A DNA stretch of 64,000 nucleotides from Alphaproteobacteria bacterium. Lineage in GTDB: Bacteria > Pseudomonadota > Alphaproteobacteria > Bin95. A program made the translations under genes and the position numbers. The notes beneath the pieces are model-generated. The model worked only from the letters and a program-made list of their open reading frames with translations. It was not told where the DNA came from and made no database searches. Positions 19,222-28,049 of this stretch are shown here, in pieces. Location of the stretch: contig CAXXWS020000003.1 of NCBI GenBank assembly GCA_963665325.3, positions 864,001 through 928,000 on the forward strand. The letters run 5' to 3'. How positions within the stretch are numbered: position 1 is the stretch's first letter; every line of letters begins with the position of its first letter.

Positions 19222-19389
19222 GGCGCAATCCTCTCTTGCAATTCCCGATCAGGCACCATATAGGTACTCAGAGAACGCAAATCAAGGCGCAGGATGGCGT
19301 AAGGGAGCGCAGAAATGGTACCAATAATCCTATGTTTCATAGCTACTTAGCGCAATTCAGCGCAATTCTGTCTTAGTATTCCTATCAAA

Positions 19390-19434
19390 CTCATAACCTG
19401 AAGGTCGTAGGTTCAAATCCTACCCCCGCTACCA
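19390..19434 (+). other. 3' half of tRNA-Met(CAT), att site (not an intact tRNA)
   Basis: CTCATAACCTGAAGGTCGTAGGTTCAAATCCTACCCCCGCTACCA = anticodon loop, T arm and acceptor 3' strand. The 5' half is absent upstream. Confidence 0.88.
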
Positions 19435-21079
19435 CCGAGACCGACATTCCGCCTCGCGGGGTGTCGGTTCCGGTCCCTTTCCTTCCCGTCCCGCTCCCGG
19501 CCCATTCGAGGATGGTGCCGAGGTCGCCATGCAGCGCGGCGTGCAGCTCGCCGCGCTTCTCGCCGGGGGTGAGCACGATGCGCTCGATCAGCCCCCTTAT
19601 GGCCTCCGCCGCCTCGTCGCGATCGCGCGGGTCGGCTAGCGCCTCGGCGAGCCGCTCCACCTTGCGCCGGTAGATGTCCGCGATCTTCGGGTGGATGTCG
19701 GGCATGTCGGCCGGGACGGTGGATAGCCGCTCCTCGATCTCGTCCTGGCGGGCCTCAAGCTCGCGCATGCGGTCCATCATGCCCCGCGCATAGCCGCCGT
19801 CCTCGATCACCGCGACCATGGCCTTGATCTTCTTCTCTATGTCCGCAAACTCCCTGCGGTCCGTCGCGCCCGATGCGCGGCGCTCGCGGTTGAGGCGGTT
19901 GGTCTCCTCGGCATACGCCTTCATCGCCTCGGCGGCGGCCTCGGGCGCCATCAGCTTCTCCCTGAGCCCCGCCATGACCCGCTCCTCGATCTCGACGCGC
20001 CGGATGCCCCTGCCGTTGGCGCAAGAACCCGTCATGACGTGGTTGGAGCAGCCGTAGCGGTCCTGGCCGCGCTTGGCGTAGGAACCGCCGCACACGCCGC
20101 ATTCGAGCAGGCCCGACAGCAGGTAGCGGGGCCGGTGGGTGCTGTTGAGCCGGTTGGCATGGGCCGCGCGCGTCGCCGCGATGACGGTGGCGTATTTCTC
20201 GGAGATTTCCCCCTGCCGGGCCTTCGCCGCCTGCCACAGCGCGTCGTCCACGATACGAAGCTCGGGAACCTCGGCGATGATCCATTCCTCCGGCGGGTTG
20301 AGCCGCGCGACCCGCTTGCCGGTGTCCGGGTTCTTCATGAAGCGCTGCCGGTTCCACACCAGCCGGCCGATATAGAGCTCGTTGTTGAGAAGCCCGGTTC
20401 CCCGCTTGGCATGACCGCGCAGGACGGAATCGCTCCACAGCTTCCCCTTGGGGCCGGGGATGCCGTCCTCGTTGAGACGCCGCGCGATCGCGCGCGGGCT
20501 GGTCCCCTGGGCGAACTCCCGGAAGATGCGCCGCACGATCTCCGCCTCGGCCTCGTCGATGCTGCGCTCGCCCCGGACCGGCTCGCCGGCGGCGTCGTGC
20601 AGCTTCACCACGTCGTAGCCGTAGCAGATGCCGCCGCCCGACTTGCCGGCCTCGACCCGGCCGCGAAGGCCCCGGTGTGTCTTGGCCGCGAGGTCCTTCA
20701 GGAACAGCGCGTTCATGGTGCCCTTGAGGCCGACGTGAAGCTCGTTGATCTCGCCTTCCGAGAGCGTGACGATCATCACCCCCGCGAACCGCAGATGCTT
20801 GTAGAGCACCGCCACGTCGGCCTGGTCGCGGCTCACCCTGTCGAGCGCCTCCGCGACCACGATCTCGAACGCACCCCGGCGCGCGTCCTCAAGCAGTGCC
20901 TGGACGCCGGGGCGCAGGATCACGCTCGCGCCCGAGACGGCGGAGTCCTTGTAGGTTCCCGTGAGCTTCCAGCCTTCGCGTTCGGCAAGCTCGCGGCAGA
21001 TACGGAACTGGTCCTCGATGGAGGCCGCCCGCTGCTGGTCGGACGAGTAACGGGCGTAGAGCGCGCAGCGCAGGGTCAT
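19391..21079 (-). CDS. large serine recombinase (integrase)
   Basis: CALYARYSS (catalytic Ser), EALDRVSRDQAD, recombinase domain, LLSGLLECGVCGG zinc ribbon, coiled coil. Confidence 0.95.
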   Translation of the reverse strand: MTLRCALYARYSSDQQRAASIEDQFRICRELAEREGWKLTGTYKDSAVSGASVILRPGVQALLEDARRGAFEIVVAEALDRVSRDQADVAVLYKHLRFAGVMIVTLSEGEINELHVGLKGTMNALFLKDLAAKTHRGLRGRVEAGKSGGGICYGYDVVKLHDAAGEPVRGERSIDEAEAEIVRRIFREFAQGTSPRAIARRLNEDGIPGPKGKLWSDSVLRGHAKRGTGLLNNELYIGRLVWNRQRFMKNPDTGKRVARLNPPEEWIIAEVPELRIVDDALWQAAKARQGEISEKYATVIAATRAAHANRLNSTHRPRYLLSGLLECGVCGGSYAKRGQDRYGCSNHVMTGSCANGRGIRRVEIEERVMAGLREKLMAPEAAAEAMKAYAEETNRLNRERRASGATDRREFADIEKKIKAMVAVIEDGGYARGMMDRMRELEARQDEIEERLSTVPADMPDIHPKIADIYRRKVERLAEALADPRDRDEAAEAIRGLIERIVLTPGEKRGELHAALHGDLGTILEWAGSGTGRKGTGTDTPRGGMSVSVVAGVGFEPTTFRL

Positions 21080-21092
21080 GGTCTCGGGTCTC

Positions 21093-21317
21093 CTATCGGT
21101 CGTGCGCCTCCTTCTCCGGCGCATTGTCGTTGGCGGCTTCCGGCCGGGCGAATTGCTCGCGCGCGATCTGGCGCCCGAGCAGCCGGGCGAGGCGCATCAC
21201 CGCGTCCTCGATCCGCGCTTCCGGCCCGCCGTTGTCGTTGGCGGCCGGGCCGTGCACTGGCGCCCGCTCTCGGCCGTTCCCGTCTCTTCGCATCGCCTCC
21301 GCCTTCCCGGATACCAT
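21093..21317 (-). CDS. small protein upstream of the recombinase (candidate directionality factor)
   Basis: AANDN..RLARLLGRQIAREQF..AANDN, ending just before the recombinase start. Function is inference. Confidence 0.45.
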   Translation of the reverse strand: MVSGKAEAMRRDGNGRERAPVHGPAANDNGGPEARIEDAVMRLARLLGRQIAREQFARPEAANDNAPEKEAHDR

Positions 21318-21465
21318 GACCCTGGAAGGGAGATTTGAACCTGCGGGCAAGCCTTGTCAAACGGCGCATTGGGGGATTTCCTGCATGGAATCAATGCCTT
21401 GTCCGCACAAGGCACGCCCTGGCACGCTGTGGCCGCGCGTGGCTACGATGAAAAAAATTTCGCAC

Positions 21466-21894
21466 TCATCGCGTTTCCGCGTAATCGGCCAGCGTCAGGA
21501 TGGACTCGCCGTGCTCGGTCAGCGTCACGGAATTCGCGAATCGACGGTCTGCCGTCAGCATGACCGCGCCGATGCGATGGGCGAGCGCGAGATACACGCA
21601 ATCGTAAATCGGACGGTCGAGCGCCAGCGCCAGACGCACGGCGTCGGCGGAGACCAGTTCATCGGCGCCCCAGCGCACCGGCATATCCGGCACGTCCGCC
21701 AAGAGGATGCCCGCAGCGCGGCGCTCTATCTCGCCCGTCCGGGCTTTGCGCCAGATTGCATTGGCGACCTCGGACGCCATCAGGCGCGGCGCGTGAAGGT
21801 CGTGGCCGCTCGTCGCCAGTTCCTCCGCAACATCCGTTTCTTCCTCGGCGACCAGCCACTTGACCGCCACGCTCGCATCGACCACGAAGCGCAT
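21466..21894 (-). CDS. vapC: PIN-domain VapC toxin
   Basis: MRFVVDASVAVKW..SEVANAIW..YDCVYLALA..LTADRRF. Confidence 0.9.
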   Translation of the reverse strand: MRFVVDASVAVKWLVAEEETDVAEELATSGHDLHAPRLMASEVANAIWRKARTGEIERRAAGILLADVPDMPVRWGADELVSADAVRLALALDRPIYDCVYLALAHRIGAVMLTADRRFANSVTLTEHGESILTLADYAETR

Positions 21895-22154
21895 CAGAAG
21901 TCGTCGCGATGGCCGTGGTCGCGGTCCTCGCGGATCAGCACTTCCGCCGGGGTCTGCTTGCGTCCTTCGGTCAGGGGACGCAGCCGCTTCATGGTTTCCC
22001 GGAACGCGGCGCGCTTCGCCGCCATGTCGTCGTCGGCCGCGCATTGCAGGATGTGGCGCGCTTCGCCCTCCAGGGAGCGGTTGTTCTGCGCTGCACGCTG
22101 CTTGAGGCGGTCCACCACGTCATCGTCGAGCCGCCGCACATTGATCGTCACCAT
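21894..22154 (-). CDS. FitA-like ribbon-helix-helix antitoxin
   Basis: INVRRLDDDVVDRLKQRAAQNNRSLEGEARHIL; TGATG coupling to vapC. Confidence 0.88.
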   Translation of the reverse strand: MVTINVRRLDDDVVDRLKQRAAQNNRSLEGEARHILQCAADDDMAAKRAAFRETMKRLRPLTEGRKQTPAEVLIREDRDHGHRDDF

Positions 22155-22277
22155 GGGTTCGCCTCCAACCGTCGGTTATCAAACTGTTATCAGGTTGTCG
22201 CGGGACATGCAAGCCCCGGCGGGTAGGACACTGGGCGACATTTGCGGCCACGGGCGGACAGCGGCGGACGCAGGTAT

Positions 22278-22292
22278 GTTCGTCCCTTGTTC
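22278..22292. promoter_or_regulatory. alphaproteobacterial LexA box candidate
   Basis: GTTC-GTCCCTT-GTTC (GTTC-N7-GTTC), 80 bp upstream of the relaxase ATG. Confidence 0.5.
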
Positions 22293-22371
22293 TGCGCTGT
22301 CGGAGCGCATATCTGGCAGGGATGGATCGGCAGGAATCCGCTCATTTCGAGTCCATCGCGAGGCTGCCGCG

Positions 22372-25300
22372 ATGGTAGCGTCCATCGGCAAGATCGCTTC
22401 GCCGTCGCAGGGCGTGGGCTATTTCGAGAAGGACGGCTACTACGCCAGGGACGACGGGGCGCACCGCGAGGCCAGCGCCTGGGCCGGTAAGGGCGCGGCG
22501 GCGCTGGGCCTCTCTGGGCCGGTCGATCCCGAGCGCTTCCGGTCGGTGCTCGAAGGCGAGGTTCCGGGCGGCCGCCGTCTCGGGCGCAGGGAGATCGACG
22601 GCGCCATCGCGCACCGGCCCGGCCGCGACGTGACCCTGAGCGCGCCCAAGTCGGTCTCGCTGATGGCGATGGTGGGCGGCGACGAGCGCATCGTCGAGGC
22701 GCACGACAAGGCGGTGACGGCGACGCTGGGCTGGATCGAGGCGAACGCCGTCGAGACCCGGATGCGCGACCCCGCGACCGGGGCGATGGTCCGCGCCGGA
22801 GGCCAGAAGACGGTCGCGGCAACCTTCCGCCATGACACTTCCAGGAACCTGGATCCCCAGCTCCACACGCATGCCGTCGTCGCCAACATGGTCCAGGGCG
22901 AGGACGGCAAGTGGCGGACGATGGTCGATGACGGCCTGTTCAAGGGCAAGATGGCCATCGGGGCGATCTACCGGGCGGAACTGGCGCAGGGGCTGAAGGG
23001 GCTCGGCTACGGCATCGAGAAGACCCATGCCGACGGGCGGTTCGAGATCGAGGGCGTCCCGCGCGAAGTCATCGACGCCTATTCCACGCGCCGCGCCGAG
23101 ATCGAGGCGGCGATGGCCGAGCGCGGCATGGGGGAGTCGAAGGACAATCCCCATCTGGCGGCGCGGGCGGCGCTGATGACGCGGGCGGCCAAGCGGGACA
23201 TCGACCGGGACGAGCTCGGCCGCTCATGGCAGCGCCAGGCGAAGGGGCTCGGGTTCTCCGCAAGCAAGGTCCGCGCCCAGGCCCGCAAGGCGGAGCGGGG
23301 CCTGCTCGGCCCGGACCTGTTCGCGGGTCCAGGCTATGCGGCGGGCGACGCGGCGGCCTGGGCGGTGGCGCACCTTGCCGAACGCCAGTCGGTGTTCGGC
23401 CATGCCGACCTGCTGGCGGCGACGCTCGCCCGCGAGCCGGGCGCGGTCACCGTCGATGCGGCGGAGCGCGCCATCGGGACCCTCGAACGCGACGGATCGC
23501 TCCACGCCGCGCGCGGCCTCGACCATGGCCGGCACTGGACGACGGACGCGGCGATGGCGCGGGAATCCGAGACCATCGCGCTGATGCGCGCGGGCCAGGG
23601 GGCGGAGAAGACCGTCATGCGACGCTGGGTGGCGGAGACGAAGCTGCACCGGGGCCGGCTCAACGAGGGCCAGAAAGAGGCGGTCAAGACGATCCTCGCC
23701 AGCACGGATCGCGTCGTCGCGGTCCAGGGCTATGCCGGCACGGGCAAGACGACGATGCTGAAGCGCCTGCGGGCGCTGGCCGCCAGCCAGGGCTACCGCA
23801 CAATCGGGCTCGCGCCCTCGGCCTCGGCGGCGAAGACGCTTCAGAATGAATCCGGCATTCAATCCGAGACCCTGCAACGCTACCTCGCGCGCCATGACGG
23901 GATTGCCCACGGGCGCGGCACGGCGGCGGGGTTGCGCAAGCTCCGCGCCGCCAACGCGAAGACGATGCTGGTGGTGGACGAGTCCTCGCTCGCCTCAAGC
24001 GAGCAAATGAAGAATCTCCTGCGCATTGCGACGACGCTGCGCCTGCCCCGCGTGGTGCTGGTCGGCGACGAGAAGCAGCTCGGCGCGGTCGAGGCCGGGA
24101 AGCCGTTTGAGCAACTGAAGGCCGCCGGGATGACCACGACGGTGATGGACGACATCGTTCGCCAGCGCGACGCCGAGCTGAAGGCGGCGGTCCGGGCGAG
24201 CCTGACCGGCGACGTGAAGACCGCGTTCAAGAAGCTCGGCGACAACATCCGGCAGGTCGAGTACGGCGATCTCGGCACCGAGACCGCGCGGCACTGGCTG
24301 AACCTGCCGCATGAACAGCGCGCGGCGACGGGGGTGATCGCCCCGACGCGGGCGCTGCGCGACGAAATCAACGCCACGATCCGGGAAGAGCTGATCGCCG
24401 AAGGCGCGATCTCCGGCCCCGCCCGGCAGGGCGAGAAGCTGGTGCCGCGCGACCTCACCCGCGCACAGATGGCCCGCGCGTCCAACTACACCATCGGCGA
24501 TACGGTGATATTCACCCGCCCCTACAAGACGCTCGGGGTGGACAAGGGCGACGAGCGGCGGGTCGCCGGCATCGATCGGCGCTGGGGCGTGCTGCGGCTT
24601 GAGGACGCGAAGGGCGACAGGACGCCGTGGCGGCCGGAACGCATCGCCGCCGCCAAGGGCGGGGTCGAGGTCTATCGCGGCGAGGCGATGGAGCTTCGCC
24701 GGGGCGACCGGGTGCGCTTCACGCGCAACGATCCCGCCTCCGGGCTCACCAACGGCGAGACCGCGACGGTGGAAGCCGTCGGCCGGGACGGGGTTCGCTT
24801 CCGTCTGGAAAACGGTTCGCTGGCCACGCTCCGGCAGCACGACCCGCAGCTCCGGCATATCGACCGCGCCTTCGCGGCGACGGTGCATGCGTTCCAGGGG
24901 CGCACGGTGGACCGGATCGTCGCGGCGATGCCCGTCGGCAACCCGAAGCTGACCGACCAGCGCGCCTTCTATGTCGCGATCTCGCGGGCGCGCGATGCCG
25001 CCCGGCTCGTCACGGACGATGCCCACAAGCTCGCCGACCAGCTCGAACGGGCGACCGGCGAGCGTCTCGCGGCGCTCGATGCGACGGCGAAACAGGCCGC
25101 CTGGGAGACCGTGTTCGGGCGGGACCGCGCCGATGAGCGGGGCGGCGATCATCTGACACGCGCTTCTGACGCGATGGATCGCGGGGCGGAAGTCGCCCGC
25201 GACGGGCAGGACGGGCATGGGCGCGAGCGGCAATTGGGTCGCGGAACGGGCCGCGAAGTCCGCCGCGCGCGCGAGCGCGACCATCGAATCGCGCGCGAAA

Positions 25301-25491
25301 CCGGCCGGGACCGCGACGGAAAATCGCCCGCGCGCTCCACGGATCGCGAGCGAAGCGGGAAGGAATCGGCCGGCAAGGCCCCCGGCATCGACCGTGGCGG
25401 CGATGGCCGGCAGGCTGTTCCCGGCGAATCCGAACTCGAAAAGGCCGCCGGCGCGAAGCAGAAATCGCGCGACTTCGACCTCGGCATGTAG
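22372..25491 (+). CDS. mobF: MobF (TrwC/TraI-type) relaxase-helicase
   Basis: N-terminal Y..DGYY, DVTLSAPKSVS, HDTSRNLDPQLHTH (HUH), GYAGTGKT, VVDES, HAFQGRT, YVAISR, and a ..DFDLGM tail. Confidence 0.93.
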   Translation: MVASIGKIASPSQGVGYFEKDGYYARDDGAHREASAWAGKGAAALGLSGPVDPERFRSVLEGEVPGGRRLGRREIDGAIAHRPGRDVTLSAPKSVSLMAMVGGDERIVEAHDKAVTATLGWIEANAVETRMRDPATGAMVRAGGQKTVAATFRHDTSRNLDPQLHTHAVVANMVQGEDGKWRTMVDDGLFKGKMAIGAIYRAELAQGLKGLGYGIEKTHADGRFEIEGVPREVIDAYSTRRAEIEAAMAERGMGESKDNPHLAARAALMTRAAKRDIDRDELGRSWQRQAKGLGFSASKVRAQARKAERGLLGPDLFAGPGYAAGDAAAWAVAHLAERQSVFGHADLLAATLAREPGAVTVDAAERAIGTLERDGSLHAARGLDHGRHWTTDAAMARESETIALMRAGQGAEKTVMRRWVAETKLHRGRLNEGQKEAVKTILASTDRVVAVQGYAGTGKTTMLKRLRALAASQGYRTIGLAPSASAAKTLQNESGIQSETLQRYLARHDGIAHGRGTAAGLRKLRAANAKTMLVVDESSLASSEQMKNLLRIATTLRLPRVVLVGDEKQLGAVEAGKPFEQLKAAGMTTTVMDDIVRQRDAELKAAVRASLTGDVKTAFKKLGDNIRQVEYGDLGTETARHWLNLPHEQRAATGVIAPTRALRDEINATIREELIAEGAISGPARQGEKLVPRDLTRAQMARASNYTIGDTVIFTRPYKTLGVDKGDERRVAGIDRRWGVLRLEDAKGDRTPWRPERIAAAKGGVEVYRGEAMELRRGDRVRFTRNDPASGLTNGETATVEAVGRDGVRFRLENGSLATLRQHDPQLRHIDRAFAATVHAFQGRTVDRIVAAMPVGNPKLTDQRAFYVAISRARDAARLVTDDAHKLADQLERATGERLAALDATAKQAAWETVFGRDRADERGGDHLTRASDAMDRGAEVARDGQDGHGRERQLGRGTGREVRRARERDHRIARETGRDRDGKSPARSTDRERSGKESAGKAPGIDRGGDGRQAVPGESELEKAAGAKQKSRDFDLGM

Positions 25492-26286
25492 CTGCCCCTC
25501 CCTCTTTCCGGCCAAATCAGCGCCCTGCGCAAAGGAAAAATCCGTCGCAGCGCGCGCCCATCATGGTCGCCGATTTGCCCGAAACCGGACAGCGGATGCC
25601 AGGAGCGGCCGCGCGGCGACGGGGCCGCGCTCCCCTGTCCTGGGGCGGCCAGCGAGCGCCTCGGCGGTCTTGGGAAAGTCTGTATGCTCCGGGCGCTACG
25701 GCGTGGATTGCTCCAGCACGCCGCCGGGGCCGTCGCGCGCCCAGGGTTCTCCGGAGAATTGCCCCGCTCGACCCTAAGCCCTTGAAATACTGCGATGTGT
25801 TTGAAGCGTGTTGCGACGCAATGCGCCCTGGCACAAATCGGGGCTCGCGCTTTTCCAAGGGGGTTTTCGGAGCATACATGGGGCCACAGGGGGACAGGGC
25901 GTAGCCCATCGTGGCCAAGCGTAGCCGGAACAGGACAGGCATCACCGATGCGGCAGGTGTGAGAACCTTAACGGGCGCCAGCCCGTCCATGCGGACTCGG
26001 CGTCCAGCCGCTATGTCGGGGAAGCTCGCAAGGGCGTTTTCCATGGTCAAGCCGCCGCGGCGCATGAGGGGTGCGGACCCACGTCATGAACGCATCGCGC
26101 GCCGGACAGGGCCTGCGCACGCTTACCGGCGGCGTCAATCGTGCCAGGCGGCACGGCACGGTCGATGACGGCGGCGCTGTCGATGTCGGCAGCCCCGACC
26201 GGGTCCGGCGTAAGTCAAGAACAGATGTCGAGAACGAATGTCGAGAACGAATTGACGCCTCACCCCGGGCAGTGCTTCAATACTCG

Positions 26287-26441
26287 TTGCAAACCTTCAG
26301 GCAGTCCCGCTGAGTCGGGTCTCCTGCTGAATAGAACAGCCTGATACGCGACGTGGGGTAGCTCCCTGCGTTTGGCGAATAGGCAGGGTCTCTCAATCTG
26401 TCTGAGGGTTTGCAAAGGCCCGGCACCAGTCCCGTGCCGGG
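26287..26441 (+). ncRNA. candidate structured leader RNA
   Basis: 18-bp closing helix (26287-26304 with 26398-26415, two G-U pairs) enclosing three hairpins, followed by an 8-bp hairpin at 26419-26441. Confidence 0.45.
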
Positions 26442-26468
26442 ATGCAATGCCAACCACGGGAGCGACAA

Positions 26469-27518
26469 ATGACATACTCGGATAGAGGATTGGCGCGAAC
26501 GGCGACTCTGGCCGTTGTCACCGCATTCGCTTTGCTCACCCTAGCTGCCTGTGGCGGCGGCGGTGGAGGTGGAGGCAGAGGCAGCCCCACCTCGATGATG
26601 CCACCCGGCGGTGGTGGCGGGGGGCAGATGACGGACGGCGGCACATCATCTGGCAGCAATGCGACCTACACCGTGAGCGCGGACAGCAGCACTTTCGGTT
26701 CGACCCCGGTCACGGTATCGCCCGACGCCATCACTATTGCGAATCAGACGATCAGGTTCAACTCTGCGTCGCAGGTAGGAGCCCAAGTCGGAATTTACCG
26801 CGCTTTTGATTCGCCGGGGACAACTAGTGGGCCGGCGACGGAGGTTCACTACTTCGGGCAGCACGATGGATACAGTTATATTCAGTTCGGCTCTTGGGCC
26901 AAGGGAGTCGTCAGTCCCAACCCAGGGTTCAGAATCGGAGACGACTTTGGTGCTTTTGTTGCTCCCTACGCAGACTCGGGATTGACCCCCGTCTCGAATT
27001 TGCCCGCAACTGGAACTGCTACTTGGCTAGGTCAATATACCGGCTATGTCGACAGGCAAGGGGTTGGAGTCTCGCACGTGGTCGGAAGAGCAGCAATGGT
27101 GGCGAATTTTGGCCACTCAGTATTCGGCGTTGACGACGGCAGCATGGCGGTTGAGCTCTTGCCACCCGATCCGCGTCGCTCATCCTTTGCCGCACCGCCA
27201 CCAGATCTTTGTGTATTCACTTGTGTTCCCACGGAGTACGGTGATCGCGTGTTGATGATTGGCCCAATCGACGGGAATACGTTTGAGAGCGATGTCACCG
27301 CCACACGCACCCTCGCGGGACAAACATTCCCGCGAGGCGATGCCATCTCAGTGGCCAACACGCAGTCGTTCAGCAGTCTATATTCACACGGCGGCGCAAA
27401 CAGCGGAGGATTCAACGGCGGATTCTACGGAAATCGAGGCGGTGAGGCTGGCGGAACCTATCAATTCACGATTGGAACTACGAAGGCCGCAGGCTCATTC
27501 GGCGGTAAACTTCAGTGA
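26469..27518 (+). CDS. surface lipoprotein with TbpB-like C-terminal beta-barrel
   Basis: Lipobox LAAC then a Gly linker; PATGTATWLGQYTG and GGFYGNRGGEAGG..GSFGGK barrel motifs. Confidence 0.75.
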   Translation: MTYSDRGLARTATLAVVTAFALLTLAACGGGGGGGGRGSPTSMMPPGGGGGGQMTDGGTSSGSNATYTVSADSSTFGSTPVTVSPDAITIANQTIRFNSASQVGAQVGIYRAFDSPGTTSGPATEVHYFGQHDGYSYIQFGSWAKGVVSPNPGFRIGDDFGAFVAPYADSGLTPVSNLPATGTATWLGQYTGYVDRQGVGVSHVVGRAAMVANFGHSVFGVDDGSMAVELLPPDPRRSSFAAPPPDLCVFTCVPTEYGDRVLMIGPIDGNTFESDVTATRTLAGQTFPRGDAISVANTQSFSSLYSHGGANSGGFNGGFYGNRGGEAGGTYQFTIGTTKAAGSFGGKLQ

Positions 27519-27707
27519 GCGGATGTGGCGAGAAATAGTGAGACGCTACATGCTACGGCGCGGTGTTCACGCGAGGTAGTATGAATCTATGAATCGGGGA
27601 TTGGTTCCCGAGAGTGCTGTCGGGGTGCCGCCTAACCGACATCCCGTTCAGCACCGCGCAGTTTGGCAGCACGGGACTACAGACAAATGGGTAATCCTAG
27701 ATTTTCA

Positions 27708-28038
27708 CTAACCGCGTTTGCGCGCGTCGTCGGCATCCCAGCGGCTGCGCCCCAGAAGCGCCTGCATACGCCACGGGCGCGACAGACCCGCCTGCTCCGC
27801 CATCATCCAGCCCGTCTTTCGCTCGATCCCCGACAGAAGACCGTCCAGAAACGCGCTCCCCGTCTCTCGAAGCTCACGGCGCCCAAACAAGGGACCCAGA
27901 CGCGACTTCCACAAACCCAACTCCCGCTCCCACTCCAGAAGCGAGCCCGACCAATCCGCTACACTCATCGTGCCTTCTCTCCGCTTTCACTTCGCGGAGT
28001 GAGTCACAAATTGCAACAAACCACAACTGTAGTACTAG
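27708..28038 (-). pseudogene. IS701 family left end with truncated transposase
   Basis: CTAGTACTACAGTTG end; FLDGLLSGIERKTGWMMAEQAG..MQALLGRSRWDAD; only 86 aa. Confidence 0.8.
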
Positions 28039-28049
28039 GGAGATCCCCT

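Noticed and set aside
19390-19434. Functional tRNA-Met gene
   Set aside because: The acceptor 5' strand and D arm are missing; it is only an att duplication.
21124-22371. N-terminal 416 aa of the 1455-aa ORF
   Set aside because: Antisense to vapC/antitoxin; the MobF motifs begin at ATG 22372.
26287-26441. c-di-GMP-I or TPP riboswitch
   Set aside because: Only fragmentary resemblance (GCAAACC, GCTGAG, CCTGAT); the conserved cores and tetraloop/receptor are missing.
27663-28049. N-terminal extension of the 719-aa ORF
   Set aside because: It is the antisense of the IS701 fragment; the lipoprotein signal starts at ATG 28050.
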